Translations under genes and position numbers: made by a program | The notes under the pieces: model-generated | Seen by the model: the letters and a program-made list of their open reading frames with translations, nothing else | Databases searched by the model: none | Told to the model about the DNA's origin: nothing | Part shown: one piece after another, positions 18,884 to 29,137 of the stretch | How positions within the stretch are numbered: position 1 is the first letter of the stretch | Layout of the letters: each line of letters begins with the position of its first letter | Assembly (NCBI GenBank): GCA_937864815.1 | Contig: CALMJY010000172.1 | Coordinates: 7,322 to 71,321 of the forward strand | Direction: 5' to 3' | From: an uncultured Bacteroidota bacterium | Lineage (GTDB): Bacteria > Bacteroidota > Bacteroidia > Bacteroidales > VadinHA17 | DNA: 64,000 nt

Positions 18884-20200
18884 ATGCCTCTAGTAATCGT
18901 CCTCTGCGGAATCTCACTCTTCCTGTTACTTATCCTGGTATTTAAGCTCAATCCATTCATATCAGTAATGATCGTTGCTATCCTGGTTGCACTTGCTTCC
19001 GGAATGAATGTGACAGATGCGGTTGCAACAATACAGAAAGGTATAGGAAGCACAATGGGGGTTATTGTACCGGTACTCGGTTTGGGAGCCATGCTTGGGA
19101 AACTTGTTGCAGAAAGCGGTGCAGCACAGACAATTACATCAAGATTTCTTAAGAATGCCAATAAGAAAAGGATACAGACATCAATAATGATTGCCGGCTT
19201 TATTATCGGGGTGGCACTTTTTTACGAGATAGGCTTTTTTATAATGATTCCCCTGGTATTTACAATTGCGGCTTCCACAGGGCTGCCATTAATATATGTA
19301 GGGCTTCCTATGCTTGCTTCGTTATCTGTCACGCATGGTTTGTTGCCACCTCATCCTGCTCCCACAGCACTTACCACCATATTCGGAGCTGACCTTGGAA
19401 CTACTTTGATTTATGGTTTATTAATAGCTGTACCTACAATTCTTGTATCAGGTCCCTTTCTGGCAAAATACCTTAGCAGGGTCAATGCAAAACCATTAAG
19501 CGAGTTTGTTAGCGAGAATCGGATGAAGGAAGAAGAATTGCCGGGTTTCTGGATAAGTATCATATCAGCATTGTTTCCGGTCTTTTTGATCACTCTGGCA
19601 ACTATTGCCGGGTTTATACTACCTGAAGAAAATCTGTTCAGGAAGATTCTTGCCGGTATTGGCAATCCTATTGTAGCCATGCTTCTTTCCGTGCTTTTTG
19701 CAATTTACACACTTGGTATTGCAAGAGGAAAAAAGATGAGTGATATAATGAAGTCACTTGCTCATTCAGTAGGCAGCATAGCTATGATAATGTTGTTGAT
19801 ATCCGGTGCAGGAGCACTTAAGCAGGTTCTGGTGGACGGAGGTGTAAGTAACTATATCGGCGATTTGTTAAGCAGTTCAGGACTATCACCTTTATTTCTC
19901 GGATGGCTTATTGCAACAATACTCAGGATTTGCATCGGATCGGCAACTGTTTCAGGACTTACTGCTGCTGGCATTGTACTCCCTCTGGTTACTGGTACTG
20001 ATGTCAGGCCTGAGCTTATGGTTCTGGCAGTTGGCTCAGGCAGCATAATGTGCAGTCATGTTAATGATACCGGTTTCTGGCTCTTCAAGGAGTATTTCAG
20101 TCTGAGCGTGAAGGAAACCCTTAAAACATGGACAGTTATGGAGACTTCCATAGGTATAACAGGTTTAATCGGCGTTTTAATCCTTAATCAGTTGCTTTAA
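18884..20200 (+). CDS. GntP-family (gluconate/glycerate-type) permease
   Basis: 438-aa polytopic ORF. The N-terminus and overall pattern are typical of GntP transporters. Confidence 0.8.
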   Translation: MPLVIVLCGISLFLLLILVFKLNPFISVMIVAILVALASGMNVTDAVATIQKGIGSTMGVIVPVLGLGAMLGKLVAESGAAQTITSRFLKNANKKRIQTSIMIAGFIIGVALFYEIGFFIMIPLVFTIAASTGLPLIYVGLPMLASLSVTHGLLPPHPAPTALTTIFGADLGTTLIYGLLIAVPTILVSGPFLAKYLSRVNAKPLSEFVSENRMKEEELPGFWISIISALFPVFLITLATIAGFILPEENLFRKILAGIGNPIVAMLLSVLFAIYTLGIARGKKMSDIMKSLAHSVGSIAMIMLLISGAGALKQVLVDGGVSNYIGDLLSSSGLSPLFLGWLIATILRICIGSATVSGLTAAGIVLPLVTGTDVRPELMVLAVGSGSIMCSHVNDTGFWLFKEYFSLSVKETLKTWTVMETSIGITGLIGVLILNQLL

Positions 20201-20238
20201 AGTACAAATATTCTCTGTTTTATTTGTACTTTTAAAAT
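20201..20238 (+). terminator. Rho-independent terminator
   Basis: Perfect 10-bp stem AGTACAAATA / TATTTGTACT (20201-20210 / 20221-20230), 10-nt loop, then TTTAAAAT. It starts 1 nt after the stop codon. Confidence 0.7.
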
Positions 20239-20247
20239 CCTTCTCAC

Positions 20248-23200
20248 ATGATTATAAAGGATGAAAACAGAGATATGAAAAAGCTTATATCATTACTTTT
20301 ATTTTCACAGGTTGTCATCAGTCTTCTCAGAGGACAGGATGGAGCTGTGCCGCTTTCTCATTTCCGTGAAAGCAGGGAGATAGAAAACCAGAGCTGGGCT
20401 ATTTGTCAGGACGGTGAAGGTATAATGTTATTTGCCAACAGACGCGGCATTATGACTTTTGATGGTCAGGAATGGAATTTCATAAGGATGCCTGCTGTTC
20501 CATATTCGATTTACTACAGTGCGGTTAACAATCGGGTTTATGCCGGTTGTGAAAATAACTATGGATTTCTTGAAAAGGATGATAAAGGTTTTTACACCTA
20601 TACATCTCTTTCTGGTGATTCTGTTGAAGTCGGTCTTGTTTCAAGGATAAATATAACTGATTCCACTATATGGTTTTACAGTGAATCTGTTATAAGCCGG
20701 CATAATCTAAAAACCAGTCAGCTTGAAAAAAGATTTAAGAGTGAAGTGACAAGGCCATTTACAGGAATGTTCCTGACCCCAACAAATGCCTTTATAAATG
20801 TAGCATCGAAAGGTCTTTTCAGAGTGGAAGCAGATACTCTATTTCCAATTGTTACAGGTTATCTTCTGGAAGATGAGGAGGTATTGTTCTCTCTTCCCTA
20901 CAACAATAAAATGGTACTCCTTGGTTTGGGGAATGGTTCTCTCTCCCAATTTGACGGGATTAAATTCTATGATTTCGGTATAAAAGATGATGGCTACCTG
21001 CGGGATAATATACTTACAGATGGGATTGTGGTATCTGATAGTCTTTATGCTTTTTCAACAATTGCCGGTGGAGCAATTGTTGTAGAAAAGAATACAGGGA
21101 AACTTACAGCCACCATCAATTATCAGAATGGGTTGCCCGATGATGAAGTATATGCGATTGCTGCAGATAACAGAAAAGGATTATGGCTCTCACATCAGTA
21201 TGGATTGAGCAGGGCCGCTTTACGCCTGCCGGTTGGTAACTTCAGCATTTATCCCGGTTTACTTGGAAATCTCTCCGGATCGCTCTGGCATGAGAATGAG
21301 CTGTATGTTTCAACAAGTGAGGGGGTATTTTATCTGGATGAAGTAAAGAATTATGGTGAAGTTGAGGTACTTGTGAAAAATGAAAAAGCTACATCTGGTC
21401 CCGCTGCAGAGGCATCTAAGCCTGTACAGCAACCTCAGGAAGCAACAAAAACAAAGAAAAGATTACTATCAAGAATTTTCGGAAAGAAAGATTCCCCTGA
21501 AGCTCAACCTACGGCTGCAGTCCCCGGAAAGCCGGCAGAAACAAAACCTGAAGAACCTCAATTTGTCAAAAAAAGAGTCAGCAGGCTAAAATCAATAAAC
21601 TACATATACCGGAAAGTTGAAGGTATAAACGATAAATGCAAGCAACTTGTATCCACACCAGGAGGCATACTTGTATCAACTAACTCAGGACTATATTCAA
21701 TATCGGATCACAGGGCAAAACCTGTTGTTAAGGATATATATGTAAATCACATCAGTCAGAAGCTGTCAGGAAACAGATATTATATCGCTACATCTGAGGG
21801 TTATTTATACGCAACAAACAATTCAGGATCATGGAATGCTGTATATCCGGACAAAGAATTTACTCAGCCAATGTATTCAATAACCACAGGAGGAAAAGGT
21901 ATTTTATGGGCAGGAGGAAACAGTACAGCTTACAGGATTACAGCAGGAGGATCAGATGGAACATACGATTATAAGAGCTACACAGTAAAGAATGATTACC
22001 CGAACAAGTATCTGCTGGAAAGTGCAAATGACTCTGTTTTCCTGTTCACTGAAGGTGGTATCTATTATTACAACAGTTCAGGTGACAAATTTGAAGAATA
22101 CAGGAGAGGAGATTTCCATCCTGCTGCACCAATGAGTTATATAATTTCCCAACCGGGTATTCCCTGGTATAATAACGGTGATGAATGGGTTTATTTGCCA
22201 GGTGATGATCGGGTAACAAAAGATGAAGCTGCCATGCTAAAGCTGTTGGACGATGTTTTATCTGTTGACTTATCAGATAATTACCTATGGGTTGTATCGG
22301 GTAATAATCAGATATTCCGGATAGCACTGAATAAAAACCTTTCAGTTAAGACAGACATCAATCTGTTTGTTAAAAGCGCTACAAATGAGGATGGAACCTA
22401 CTTCGAGTTAACCGATATTGTATTCGAAAGGGGTGACAATACTGTCTATTTTGAACTGGCATCACCAGGATATTTTAAGCAGAATTCAACACAGTATCAG
22501 TACCTGCTTGAAAAGGTAATGACCGACTGGTCAAAATGGAGCAGTTCTTCCACAATTACCTTAATGCCGCCGCCTGGTGATCACACTCTGAAAGTACGTG
22601 CAAAGGACATTTGGGGAAATGTGAGTGCCACCAGAACTTATCACTTCAGTATTAAAGCACCACTGACTCAGACTACAGGTTTTTATATACTGATTCTTTT
22701 AGTTGTTGCCCTTGCCATTTTGCTCACTGCAAGAATTAGGGAAACAAGACTCAAAAGGGAAAAAATGATTCTTGAGGAGAAAGTCCGTGAACGGACAAAA
22801 GAGATTCAGGCACAAAAGGAGGAGATAACTTCAAGCATAGCATATGCCAGCAGGATTCAGATGGCGATGTTACCCACCGAAGATCTTTTTAAAAACAGTT
22901 TTTCAGAACATTTTATAATATTTAAACCAAGAGATATAGTAAGTGGTGATTTTTACTGGATAGGTGAGGATGATAATAAAGTATTTTTTACAGTAGCTGA
23001 TTGCACAGGGCATGGAGTTCCCGGAGCATTCATGAGCACACTTGGGATCTCAACCCTGAATGAGATTATTGCAGGCGGTAACGATTATAAGGCTAATATG
23101 GTGCTGAATCAGTTGAGGAAGAAAGTAAAAACCTCCCTGCATCAGACAGGAAAGGAGGGGGAGGCTGCCGATGGGATGGATATTGCCTTATGTCTTTTTC

Positions 23201-23574
23201 ACAGGAAGAAAATGATGCTTGAATTTGCAGGTGCTTATAATCCTCTGTTGATTTTCCAGGATGGGGCTCTGAAAGAGTATAAGGGAGACAGAATGCCTAT
23301 AGGAATACATTACGTAGAAAAAGATACATTTACAAATAATGAGATCAAAGTTAAAAAAGGTGATGCAATTTACCTTTTTTCAGACGGTTTCTGCGACCAG
23401 TTCGGCGGACCTGACGGTGTAAAATACAAACTTGCAAATCTGAAAAAGTTACTTACTGAGATCAGCCATGAGCCAATGATCACTCAGAAAACAATTATTG
23501 AAGAGGAGCTTGAAAGTTGGAAAGGAAAATTTGCTCAGGTTGATGATATAAGTATAGTCGGAGTCAGAATTTAA
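20248..23574 (+). CDS. Periplasmic beta-propeller/Y_Y_Y sensor fused through one TM helix to a SpoIIE/PP2C phosphatase
   Basis: 1108 aa, with an alternative start at 20275 (MKKLISLLLF). Propeller-like repeats, then TM helix GFYILILLVVALAILL, then PP2C motifs SGDFYW, DCTGHGVPGAF, SDGFCDQ and DDISIVG. Confidence 0.8.
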   Translation: MIIKDENRDMKKLISLLLFSQVVISLLRGQDGAVPLSHFRESREIENQSWAICQDGEGIMLFANRRGIMTFDGQEWNFIRMPAVPYSIYYSAVNNRVYAGCENNYGFLEKDDKGFYTYTSLSGDSVEVGLVSRINITDSTIWFYSESVISRHNLKTSQLEKRFKSEVTRPFTGMFLTPTNAFINVASKGLFRVEADTLFPIVTGYLLEDEEVLFSLPYNNKMVLLGLGNGSLSQFDGIKFYDFGIKDDGYLRDNILTDGIVVSDSLYAFSTIAGGAIVVEKNTGKLTATINYQNGLPDDEVYAIAADNRKGLWLSHQYGLSRAALRLPVGNFSIYPGLLGNLSGSLWHENELYVSTSEGVFYLDEVKNYGEVEVLVKNEKATSGPAAEASKPVQQPQEATKTKKRLLSRIFGKKDSPEAQPTAAVPGKPAETKPEEPQFVKKRVSRLKSINYIYRKVEGINDKCKQLVSTPGGILVSTNSGLYSISDHRAKPVVKDIYVNHISQKLSGNRYYIATSEGYLYATNNSGSWNAVYPDKEFTQPMYSITTGGKGILWAGGNSTAYRITAGGSDGTYDYKSYTVKNDYPNKYLLESANDSVFLFTEGGIYYYNSSGDKFEEYRRGDFHPAAPMSYIISQPGIPWYNNGDEWVYLPGDDRVTKDEAAMLKLLDDVLSVDLSDNYLWVVSGNNQIFRIALNKNLSVKTDINLFVKSATNEDGTYFELTDIVFERGDNTVYFELASPGYFKQNSTQYQYLLEKVMTDWSKWSSSSTITLMPPPGDHTLKVRAKDIWGNVSATRTYHFSIKAPLTQTTGFYILILLVVALAILLTARIRETRLKREKMILEEKVRERTKEIQAQKEEITSSIAYASRIQMAMLPTEDLFKNSFSEHFIIFKPRDIVSGDFYWIGEDDNKVFFTVADCTGHGVPGAFMSTLGISTLNEIIAGGNDYKANMVLNQLRKKVKTSLHQTGKEGEAADGMDIALCLFHRKKMMLEFAGAYNPLLIFQDGALKEYKGDRMPIGIHYVEKDTFTNNEIKVKKGDAIYLFSDGFCDQFGGPDGVKYKLANLKKLLTEISHEPMITQKTIIEEELESWKGKFAQVDDISIVGVRI

Positions 23575-23602
23575 TTTGGAAGAATCTTATAATAAATAAT
23601 AA

Positions 23603-25003
23603 ATGAAAATAAAATTTATAGGCGCCGCACGGGAAGTTACGGGAAGTAAACATCTCATCACCACTGAATCAGGCAAAAGAATACTTCTCGATTGCGGAAT
23701 GTTCCAGGGAAAGGGACTTGAAACTGACGGTATGAACAGGGATCTTATGTTTGACCCGTCACTTATTGATCATATAATACTTACACACGCCCATATTGAC
23801 CATGCAGGACTTATACCTTATATGTATAAGATGGGATTCAGAGGATCGGTTGTCTGCTCAAGTGCAACCCGTGACCTTTGTGCAATAATGCTTACCGATT
23901 CAGCCTTTATCCAGGAGCATGATACCTATACTTTCAATAAAAGAAGAGCAAAGAAGGGACTGCCACTGGTAACTCCCATATATACACAGGATGACGCACG
24001 TCAGTGTATGAACCTGTTCATTGGGGTGCCAATTAATATGAAATTCCGCATAGATGACAATATAAAGGTGAAATTCACGAATACCGGACATATGCTTGGT
24101 AGCGGAGTGGCAAATATTCAGATCATTGAGAACGGGCAGATTAAAAGAATCGCCTATACCGGCGATATAGGAAGACCTGTTGACAGGATACTTGCTACAC
24201 CTGAACCATTTCCTCAGACTGATATTCTTATAACAGAATCAACATATGGTGACAGACTTCACACAACAAACGAAGATGCCGAGGAGGAATTACTGAGTGT
24301 CGTTGTAGATACCTGTGTTAGCAAAGGAGGGAAACTCATTATACCTGCATTCAGTGTCGGCAGGACACAGGAAGTGGTTTATGCTTTAAATAATTTTTTC
24401 AATTCAGGCAGGCTTCCTAAAGTTGACATTTTTGTTGATAGTCCCCTGGCAGTAAATGCCACTGCTGTCTTCAGAACTCATCCGGAGTGCTTCAATAAGG
24501 AGTTTCTTAAGGTAATGGAGACCGATCCCGATCCTTTCGGATTCAATAACCTGTTCTTTATAACCCGTCAGCAGGATTCCAAAAAGCTGAATGAACATAA
24601 AAAGCCCTGTGTTATCATTTCTGCATCAGGCATGATGGAGGCAGGCAGGGTAAAGCATCACCTTGCCAATAATATTTCTAATCCTAAAAATACCGTTCTG
24701 GCAGTCGGATACTGTTCACCCTCAACCCTTGGAGCAAGAATTCTGAGAGGCGATAAAGAGGTATCTATTCATGGTACCGTTTATGAAGTTAAGGCTGAAG
24801 TTAAAAAGATTGATTCATTCAGCGGACATGCTGACTACAAGGAAATGATCGGCTTTCTGGGTTGCCAGGATAAAGCCACTGTTGAAAAGACTTTTGTTGT
24901 ACACGGAGAATATGAAACGCAAAAGAAATATGCAGGCGTCCTAGCTGAAGAAGGATATAAAAATATTGAGGTACCTGCCCGCGGACAGGAATATATTGTC
25001 TGA
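23603..25003 (+). CDS. MBL-fold / beta-CASP RNA-metabolising hydrolase
   Basis: 466 aa. HAHIDHAG motif and beta-CASP layout. Confidence 0.8.
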   Translation: MKIKFIGAAREVTGSKHLITTESGKRILLDCGMFQGKGLETDGMNRDLMFDPSLIDHIILTHAHIDHAGLIPYMYKMGFRGSVVCSSATRDLCAIMLTDSAFIQEHDTYTFNKRRAKKGLPLVTPIYTQDDARQCMNLFIGVPINMKFRIDDNIKVKFTNTGHMLGSGVANIQIIENGQIKRIAYTGDIGRPVDRILATPEPFPQTDILITESTYGDRLHTTNEDAEEELLSVVVDTCVSKGGKLIIPAFSVGRTQEVVYALNNFFNSGRLPKVDIFVDSPLAVNATAVFRTHPECFNKEFLKVMETDPDPFGFNNLFFITRQQDSKKLNEHKKPCVIISASGMMEAGRVKHHLANNISNPKNTVLAVGYCSPSTLGARILRGDKEVSIHGTVYEVKAEVKKIDSFSGHADYKEMIGFLGCQDKATVEKTFVVHGEYETQKKYAGVLAEEGYKNIEVPARGQEYIV

Positions 25004-25050
25004 AAATATTATTTTTGCCGGGCATTTTAAAAGGATTAATACTTCAGTTT

Positions 25051-25761
25051 ATGGGAAGAGCATTTGAATACAGACGGGCTTCTAAAGAGAAACGGTGGGA
25101 CAAAATGTCAAAACTGTTTCCCAAACTTGCAAAGAATATTACAATTGCAGCAAAGGAAGGAGGTGCAGATCCCGACCTTAATGCCAAGCTCAGGACAGCA
25201 ATAATGAATGCCAAGGCCCAGAATATGCCAAAAGATAATATTGAGGCAGCAATAAAAAGAGCTTCCGGAAAAGATTCAGAATCATTTGCTGAGATATGCT
25301 ATGAAGGCAAAGGCCCACATGGAGTGCTTGTATTTGTCGAATGTGCTACAGATAACAATACCAGAACAGTAGCAAATATTAAATCGTATTTCAATAAATC
25401 AGGTGGCAGCACTGTTCCTACCGGATCACTGGAATTCATGTTCTCCAGGAAATCTGTATTTGAATTTGATCTTCCCGATGACAAAAGTGTTGAAGATATT
25501 GAACTTGAACTTATTGAAGCAGGGCTTGAAGAGATAGAGAAATATGATGAGACAGTTTTTGTATATGGAGATTATACCAACTTCGGTTCGCTTTCCCATG
25601 CTCTCGAACAGATGGGAGTTGAAGTAAAAAAAGCCACACTGAAAAGACTTCCCCTTAACCAGGTTGAATTTACCGAAGAACAGCTTGCTGATATTGAAAA
25701 GCTCATCGACCGTATCGAAGATGACGATGATGTACAGGCTGTTTATACTAATATTGCATAA
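25051..25761 (+). CDS. yebC: YebC/PmpR-family transcriptional regulator
   Basis: [21 protein letters not shown]... is the highly conserved YebC N-terminus. The ORF-track start at 25015 is a TTG extension. Confidence 0.9.
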   Translation: MGRAFEYRRASKEKRWDKMSKLFPKLAKNITIAAKEGGADPDLNAKLRTAIMNAKAQNMPKDNIEAAIKRASGKDSESFAEICYEGKGPHGVLVFVECATDNNTRTVANIKSYFNKSGGSTVPTGSLEFMFSRKSVFEFDLPDDKSVEDIELELIEAGLEEIEKYDETVFVYGDYTNFGSLSHALEQMGVEVKKATLKRLPLNQVEFTEEQLADIEKLIDRIEDDDDVQAVYTNIA

Positions 25762-26513
25762 TCCTTCATCTCTTTTCTGACACTTTTCCACTCAGGATAG
25801 AGCTCCGACAGAAGCTCATAGAATTTTGGTCCGTGATTATGATGCCTTAGGTGGCATAATTCATGAACAATAACATATTCTATATATTTGTTACTGAGTC
25901 TTATAAGTTCACTGCTAAGAGTTATCTTTCCCTTGTTTGAACAGCTTCCCCATCTTCTCTTCATGGATCTGATAACCAGTCCTGTTGGCTTAAAACCGTA
26001 ATTATCATGTGTTTCAAGGATACCATTGAACAGAACAGGGATATGCTCAGTTGCTTTAATCTTATATGCTTTCTGAAGAAGTTTTCTGACAGAAATTTCA
26101 TCTGGTTTTTCTAGTCCGATATCAATTGAATCTCTATTTAATTTTACAAATTTTTTTCTTGATTCGCATATATTCAGTATATAAGCATTGCCTCTGAAAA
26201 GATGAGAAGATCCGTTGGTATATGATCTTTCAGGTTTCTCCTTCCGGTTTTTTATGAAATAATCCCTGTGTCTGATTATCCATGCCGATTTCTCCTCCAC
26301 CAATCTGGTAATTGTTCTGGCAGAAGTTCGATATGGAACTCTTACAACAACTGAAGAATCCGGAAGAACACTTATTCCTAGTGTTCTTCTCCGGGAAAAA
26401 ACAATTCTGTATTCGATGCTTTCAGATATATAATTCCCTTCTTTGCCAGCCATAAGAATTTTCTCATTGTATTTATTATGAAATTCTTTGTGACTTGATG
26501 TCTTGGTGGCCAT
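25743..26513 (-). CDS. YgjP-like (DUF45/M48-type) zinc metallopeptidase
   Basis: RWGSCS ... [12 protein letters not shown] HExxH block. The 3' end overlaps the convergent yebC by 19 nt. The start is uncertain. Confidence 0.75.
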   Translation of the reverse strand: MATKTSSHKEFHNKYNEKILMAGKEGNYISESIEYRIVFSRRRTLGISVLPDSSVVVRVPYRTSARTITRLVEEKSAWIIRHRDYFIKNRKEKPERSYTNGSSHLFRGNAYILNICESRKKFVKLNRDSIDIGLEKPDEISVRKLLQKAYKIKATEHIPVLFNGILETHDNYGFKPTGLVIRSMKRRWGSCSNKGKITLSSELIRLSNKYIEYVIVHELCHLRHHNHGPKFYELLSELYPEWKSVRKEMKDYAILV

Positions 26514-26515
26514 TA

Positions 26516-26548
26516 TTTTTTTGCCACGAAGGCACTAAGTTTCACAAA
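26516..26548 (-). repeat. Reverse-strand copy of the ...GTG-periodic / CGTGGCAAAAAAA element
   Basis: The reverse complement reads atttgtgaaacttagtgccttcgtggcaaaaaaa. It lies between two co-directional minus-strand genes. Confidence 0.55.
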
Positions 26549-26569
26549 TTATTTTAATTATTTTACCAC

Positions 26570-27349
26570 CTACAGTTCTGAAAATGAATGAAAACTGTAT
26601 CCCTTATTTTCGAGGTATGTCAGTATAGAATCAAGATGGTAATATAATTTATCAGTTCTTTTTGGATCAGTTCCTGGATGTATAAGAAGTATATATCCAT
26701 TTAATCCCCTGCTTTTTTCAAAATCAAGAAGATTTTTCTTAAGATAATCACTCGTATAATATGGCTTGCCATCCGGCACTGTCCAGTCCTGGCTGATTTT
26801 TGTGCCGGATGATATGTTTATAAGTGTCAGTCCGGCCTCTTTTGTCCATGCAGATATTGAATCATTATACCATTCATATGGAGGCATAAATACAGGTGCC
26901 ATTTCCTTTGTAATTCCATGCTTCTCAAGAGCTTTGTAATTATTCAGAAGATCTGTCATAAACTCTTCCTTAGTAACAAGAAGTGAATCCCTTTTTGTCC
27001 AGTCACAATATAGAAGATGCCTGTCAGAATGAGCTCCAATATAATGACCATCTGCTTTGAGTCTATTTATTAGCCTGTCATAACCTTCAATCCTTGTAAA
27101 ATCGCCTGTCAGAAAAAATGATGCTTTTGCATTATGATGGCTTAGTGTATTGAGTACAGTATCAAATCCATCAGCAAATTCGTGTGCTGTAAAAGTGAGC
27201 CATATTTCCCTCTGGGTTGTGTCCATTCTGACAATGCCACCATGAGAAATTATGATAAAATGATTTTCAGATGCTTTATCGGTACATGAAGTCAATGCAG
27301 GGAGATAAAACATGAGAAAGGCTGTTGCAGCAAGAAACAGATTTTTCAT
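26570..27349 (-). CDS. Polysaccharide deacetylase (NodB-like) family lipoprotein
   Basis: 259 aa. Signal LTSC. FTAHEFADGF ... ASFFLTGDF ... IGAHSDRH blocks. Confidence 0.7.
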   Translation of the reverse strand: MKNLFLAATAFLMFYLPALTSCTDKASENHFIIISHGGIVRMDTTQREIWLTFTAHEFADGFDTVLNTLSHHNAKASFFLTGDFTRIEGYDRLINRLKADGHYIGAHSDRHLLYCDWTKRDSLLVTKEEFMTDLLNNYKALEKHGITKEMAPVFMPPYEWYNDSISAWTKEAGLTLINISSGTKISQDWTVPDGKPYYTSDYLKKNLLDFEKSRGLNGYILLIHPGTDPKRTDKLYYHLDSILTYLENKGYSFHSFSEL

Positions 27350-27359
27350 TTCGTGGAAA

Positions 27360-28541
27360 TTAATCTTTTTTTAATGTGATCACTGATATTTCAGGAGGCA
27401 TCCAGATCCGGAATGGTATTGCCAGTACTCCAAGACCTCTGTTAACATAATGATACTGATCACCTTCCGAGAATAGTCCGCTCCAGTGGGGGTAGAAGTA
27501 TTTTGAGGGACTCCATTTAAGCTTTTTGGTATAAATGCCCATTTGCATTCCATGTGTGTGCCCAGAAAGGGTAATATCAATATCGGTTTTACCTGCTACT
27601 GCAAGCTCCCATTGATTCGGATCATGAGAGAGCAATATTTTCAGATCCACACTATCAAGGTCTATTACTGCTTTTTCCAGATCTCCATGTACAATATCTG
27701 GATGACGTCCCATTGTTGTTATTCCGATTATACCGATTTTTGCCCCTTGCACCGGGAGCACAAAGTGTTCATCATTCATGACTTTGTAGCCTGATGATTC
27801 TGTAAGCTGATTGATCCTTAATACATTGTTTCTACTGTCAGTTTCGGTAAAGAACGGATGGTAGGTGCCAAAATCATGATTTCCGAGTACTGCAAAACTT
27901 CCAAGTTTGCCTCCGGCTTTGGAAAGTATTGTATCGAAATTGTTAAATTCACGCCATCCGAAGGTCACAAAATCACCGGTGTTTAATAGGATGTCAGGTT
28001 CAAGACTGTTTACCAGCTGCATCTGCTTAGCCAGAAGATCCCTGTGATGGTGGAAAGTGGAAAGGTGAATATCTGAAAGCTGAACAATTCTGATGCCATC
28101 AAGGTCAGGATGCAGGTCCTTTATTCTGATCTCAGTATAATCAGTTTTGAAATTGAATCTGCCATAGAGCGTACCGGCTGCAATTATCAGGAAAATTGTC
28201 AGTGATATAACCAGTCCTGTATTTGTTAGCCAGTTGATATGTCCACCGGTCTTGTACCGTAGCAGTTTGCCTGTGAAATGCAAAACTATAAGTATTATCC
28301 TCGGTACGATTACCCCTGTAATCATACCTGCCAGCTGTGTGATGCCCCATATATGTCCGGGTGAGTCGAAGGGTCCGTTATTGCTGGTTACAGTAACAAA
28401 AAGTATCCAGAACCAGAAACTCAGAATCACGTGTGCGATGATAAGAATATAGAAAAGCGCTTTGGATCGCTGGTAAAAATGCTGACGCAAAGCGACTGGA
28501 GCAAAAAGTTCGGTTGCTATCAGGATAAGAAGAAGAATCAT
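27360..28541 (-). CDS. Membrane-anchored metallophosphoesterase
   Basis: 393 aa. N-terminal TM helices, then the motifs SDIHLS, GDFV, GNHD and GHTH. Confidence 0.8.
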   Translation of the reverse strand: MILLLILIATELFAPVALRQHFYQRSKALFYILIIAHVILSFWFWILFVTVTSNNGPFDSPGHIWGITQLAGMITGVIVPRIILIVLHFTGKLLRYKTGGHINWLTNTGLVISLTIFLIIAAGTLYGRFNFKTDYTEIRIKDLHPDLDGIRIVQLSDIHLSTFHHHRDLLAKQMQLVNSLEPDILLNTGDFVTFGWREFNNFDTILSKAGGKLGSFAVLGNHDFGTYHPFFTETDSRNNVLRINQLTESSGYKVMNDEHFVLPVQGAKIGIIGITTMGRHPDIVHGDLEKAVIDLDSVDLKILLSHDPNQWELAVAGKTDIDITLSGHTHGMQMGIYTKKLKWSPSKYFYPHWSGLFSEGDQYHYVNRGLGVLAIPFRIWMPPEISVITLKKD

Positions 28542-28616
28542 GGCACAGTTTTAGCGTTTAAAAGTACTCAATAATTATTTATGATTAAATTCGCCGATTA
28601 CTGATAAATTTAATAA

Positions 28617-29048
28617 ATGACAGAGGTAAAATTCTTCAATACTGATTATAATCCTGGAGTTAAACTTACATATTCAGTAATATCAGCACGTTACAAAGAT
28701 AAATGGATATTTGTAAGACATCACAAAAGGTCCACATTTGAGATTGCCGGAGGTCATATAGAAGAGGGGGAGACCGCAAATGAAGCTGCTTCAAGGGAGT
28801 TGTCGGAAGAGACAGGAGCCATTAAGTTTTACATAGAATGCATCGCCACCTATTCAGTGAAGAAAGATGGAGAGACAGAGTGGGGGCGTCTTTATTTCGC
28901 GGAAGTTTATGAGAAAGGACCTGTGCCTGATATTTCGGAGATAGTAGAGGTCGTGTTACTTGATCGTATCCCTGATCATCCTACCCATCCTGATATACAG
29001 CCTCATTTGTTCCGACGTACCATTGAGTATCTTGAGGGTATCCGGTAA
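28617..29048 (+). CDS. NUDIX hydrolase
   Basis: Nudix box GGHIEEGETANEAASRELSEETG. Confidence 0.85.
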   Translation: MTEVKFFNTDYNPGVKLTYSVISARYKDKWIFVRHHKRSTFEIAGGHIEEGETANEAASRELSEETGAIKFYIECIATYSVKKDGETEWGRLYFAEVYEKGPVPDISEIVEVVLLDRIPDHPTHPDIQPHLFRRTIEYLEGIR

Positions 29049-29084
29049 TCAGTAAACAGTAATCAGTAAACAGTAATCGGTATA
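29043..29084 (+). repeat. Heptamer tandem repeat CRGTAAW x6, overlapping the stop codon of the NUDIX gene
   Basis: cggtaat cagtaaa cagtaat cagtaaa cagtaat cggtata. Confidence 0.85.
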
Positions 29085-29094
29085 CTAGGTTGTA

Positions 29095-29136
29095 GGTGCC
29101 TGACGCCTGTCGCCCGTCGCCTGTCGCCTTTCGCCT
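29095..29136 (-). repeat. Heptamer tandem repeat GTCGCCT x6 (AGGCGAC on the minus strand), ending 1 nt from the stop of the PP2C gene
   Basis: ggtgcct gacgcct gtcgccc gtcgcct gtcgcct ttcgcct. Same unit as 11319-11340 and 55611-55659. Confidence 0.85.
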
Positions 29137-29137
29137 T

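Noticed and set aside
18672-18917. The N-terminal 82 codons of the 1279-aa ORF (15078-18917, minus strand).
   Set aside because: The extension runs through the stop-free heptamer repeat array and overlaps the start of the divergent GntP gene. A good signal peptide (MKIARIILFLTLHILL) starts at the ATG at 18671. I treat it as an ORF-calling artefact.
29043-29136. CRISPR array as an explanation for the short tandem repeats here and at 11319, 18751, 38766, 54180, 55611 and 61456.
   Set aside because: The units are 7-8 nt and directly tandem with no spacers, the arrays are only 20-120 nt long, and no cas genes are present. They are microsatellite-type repeats, not CRISPR.
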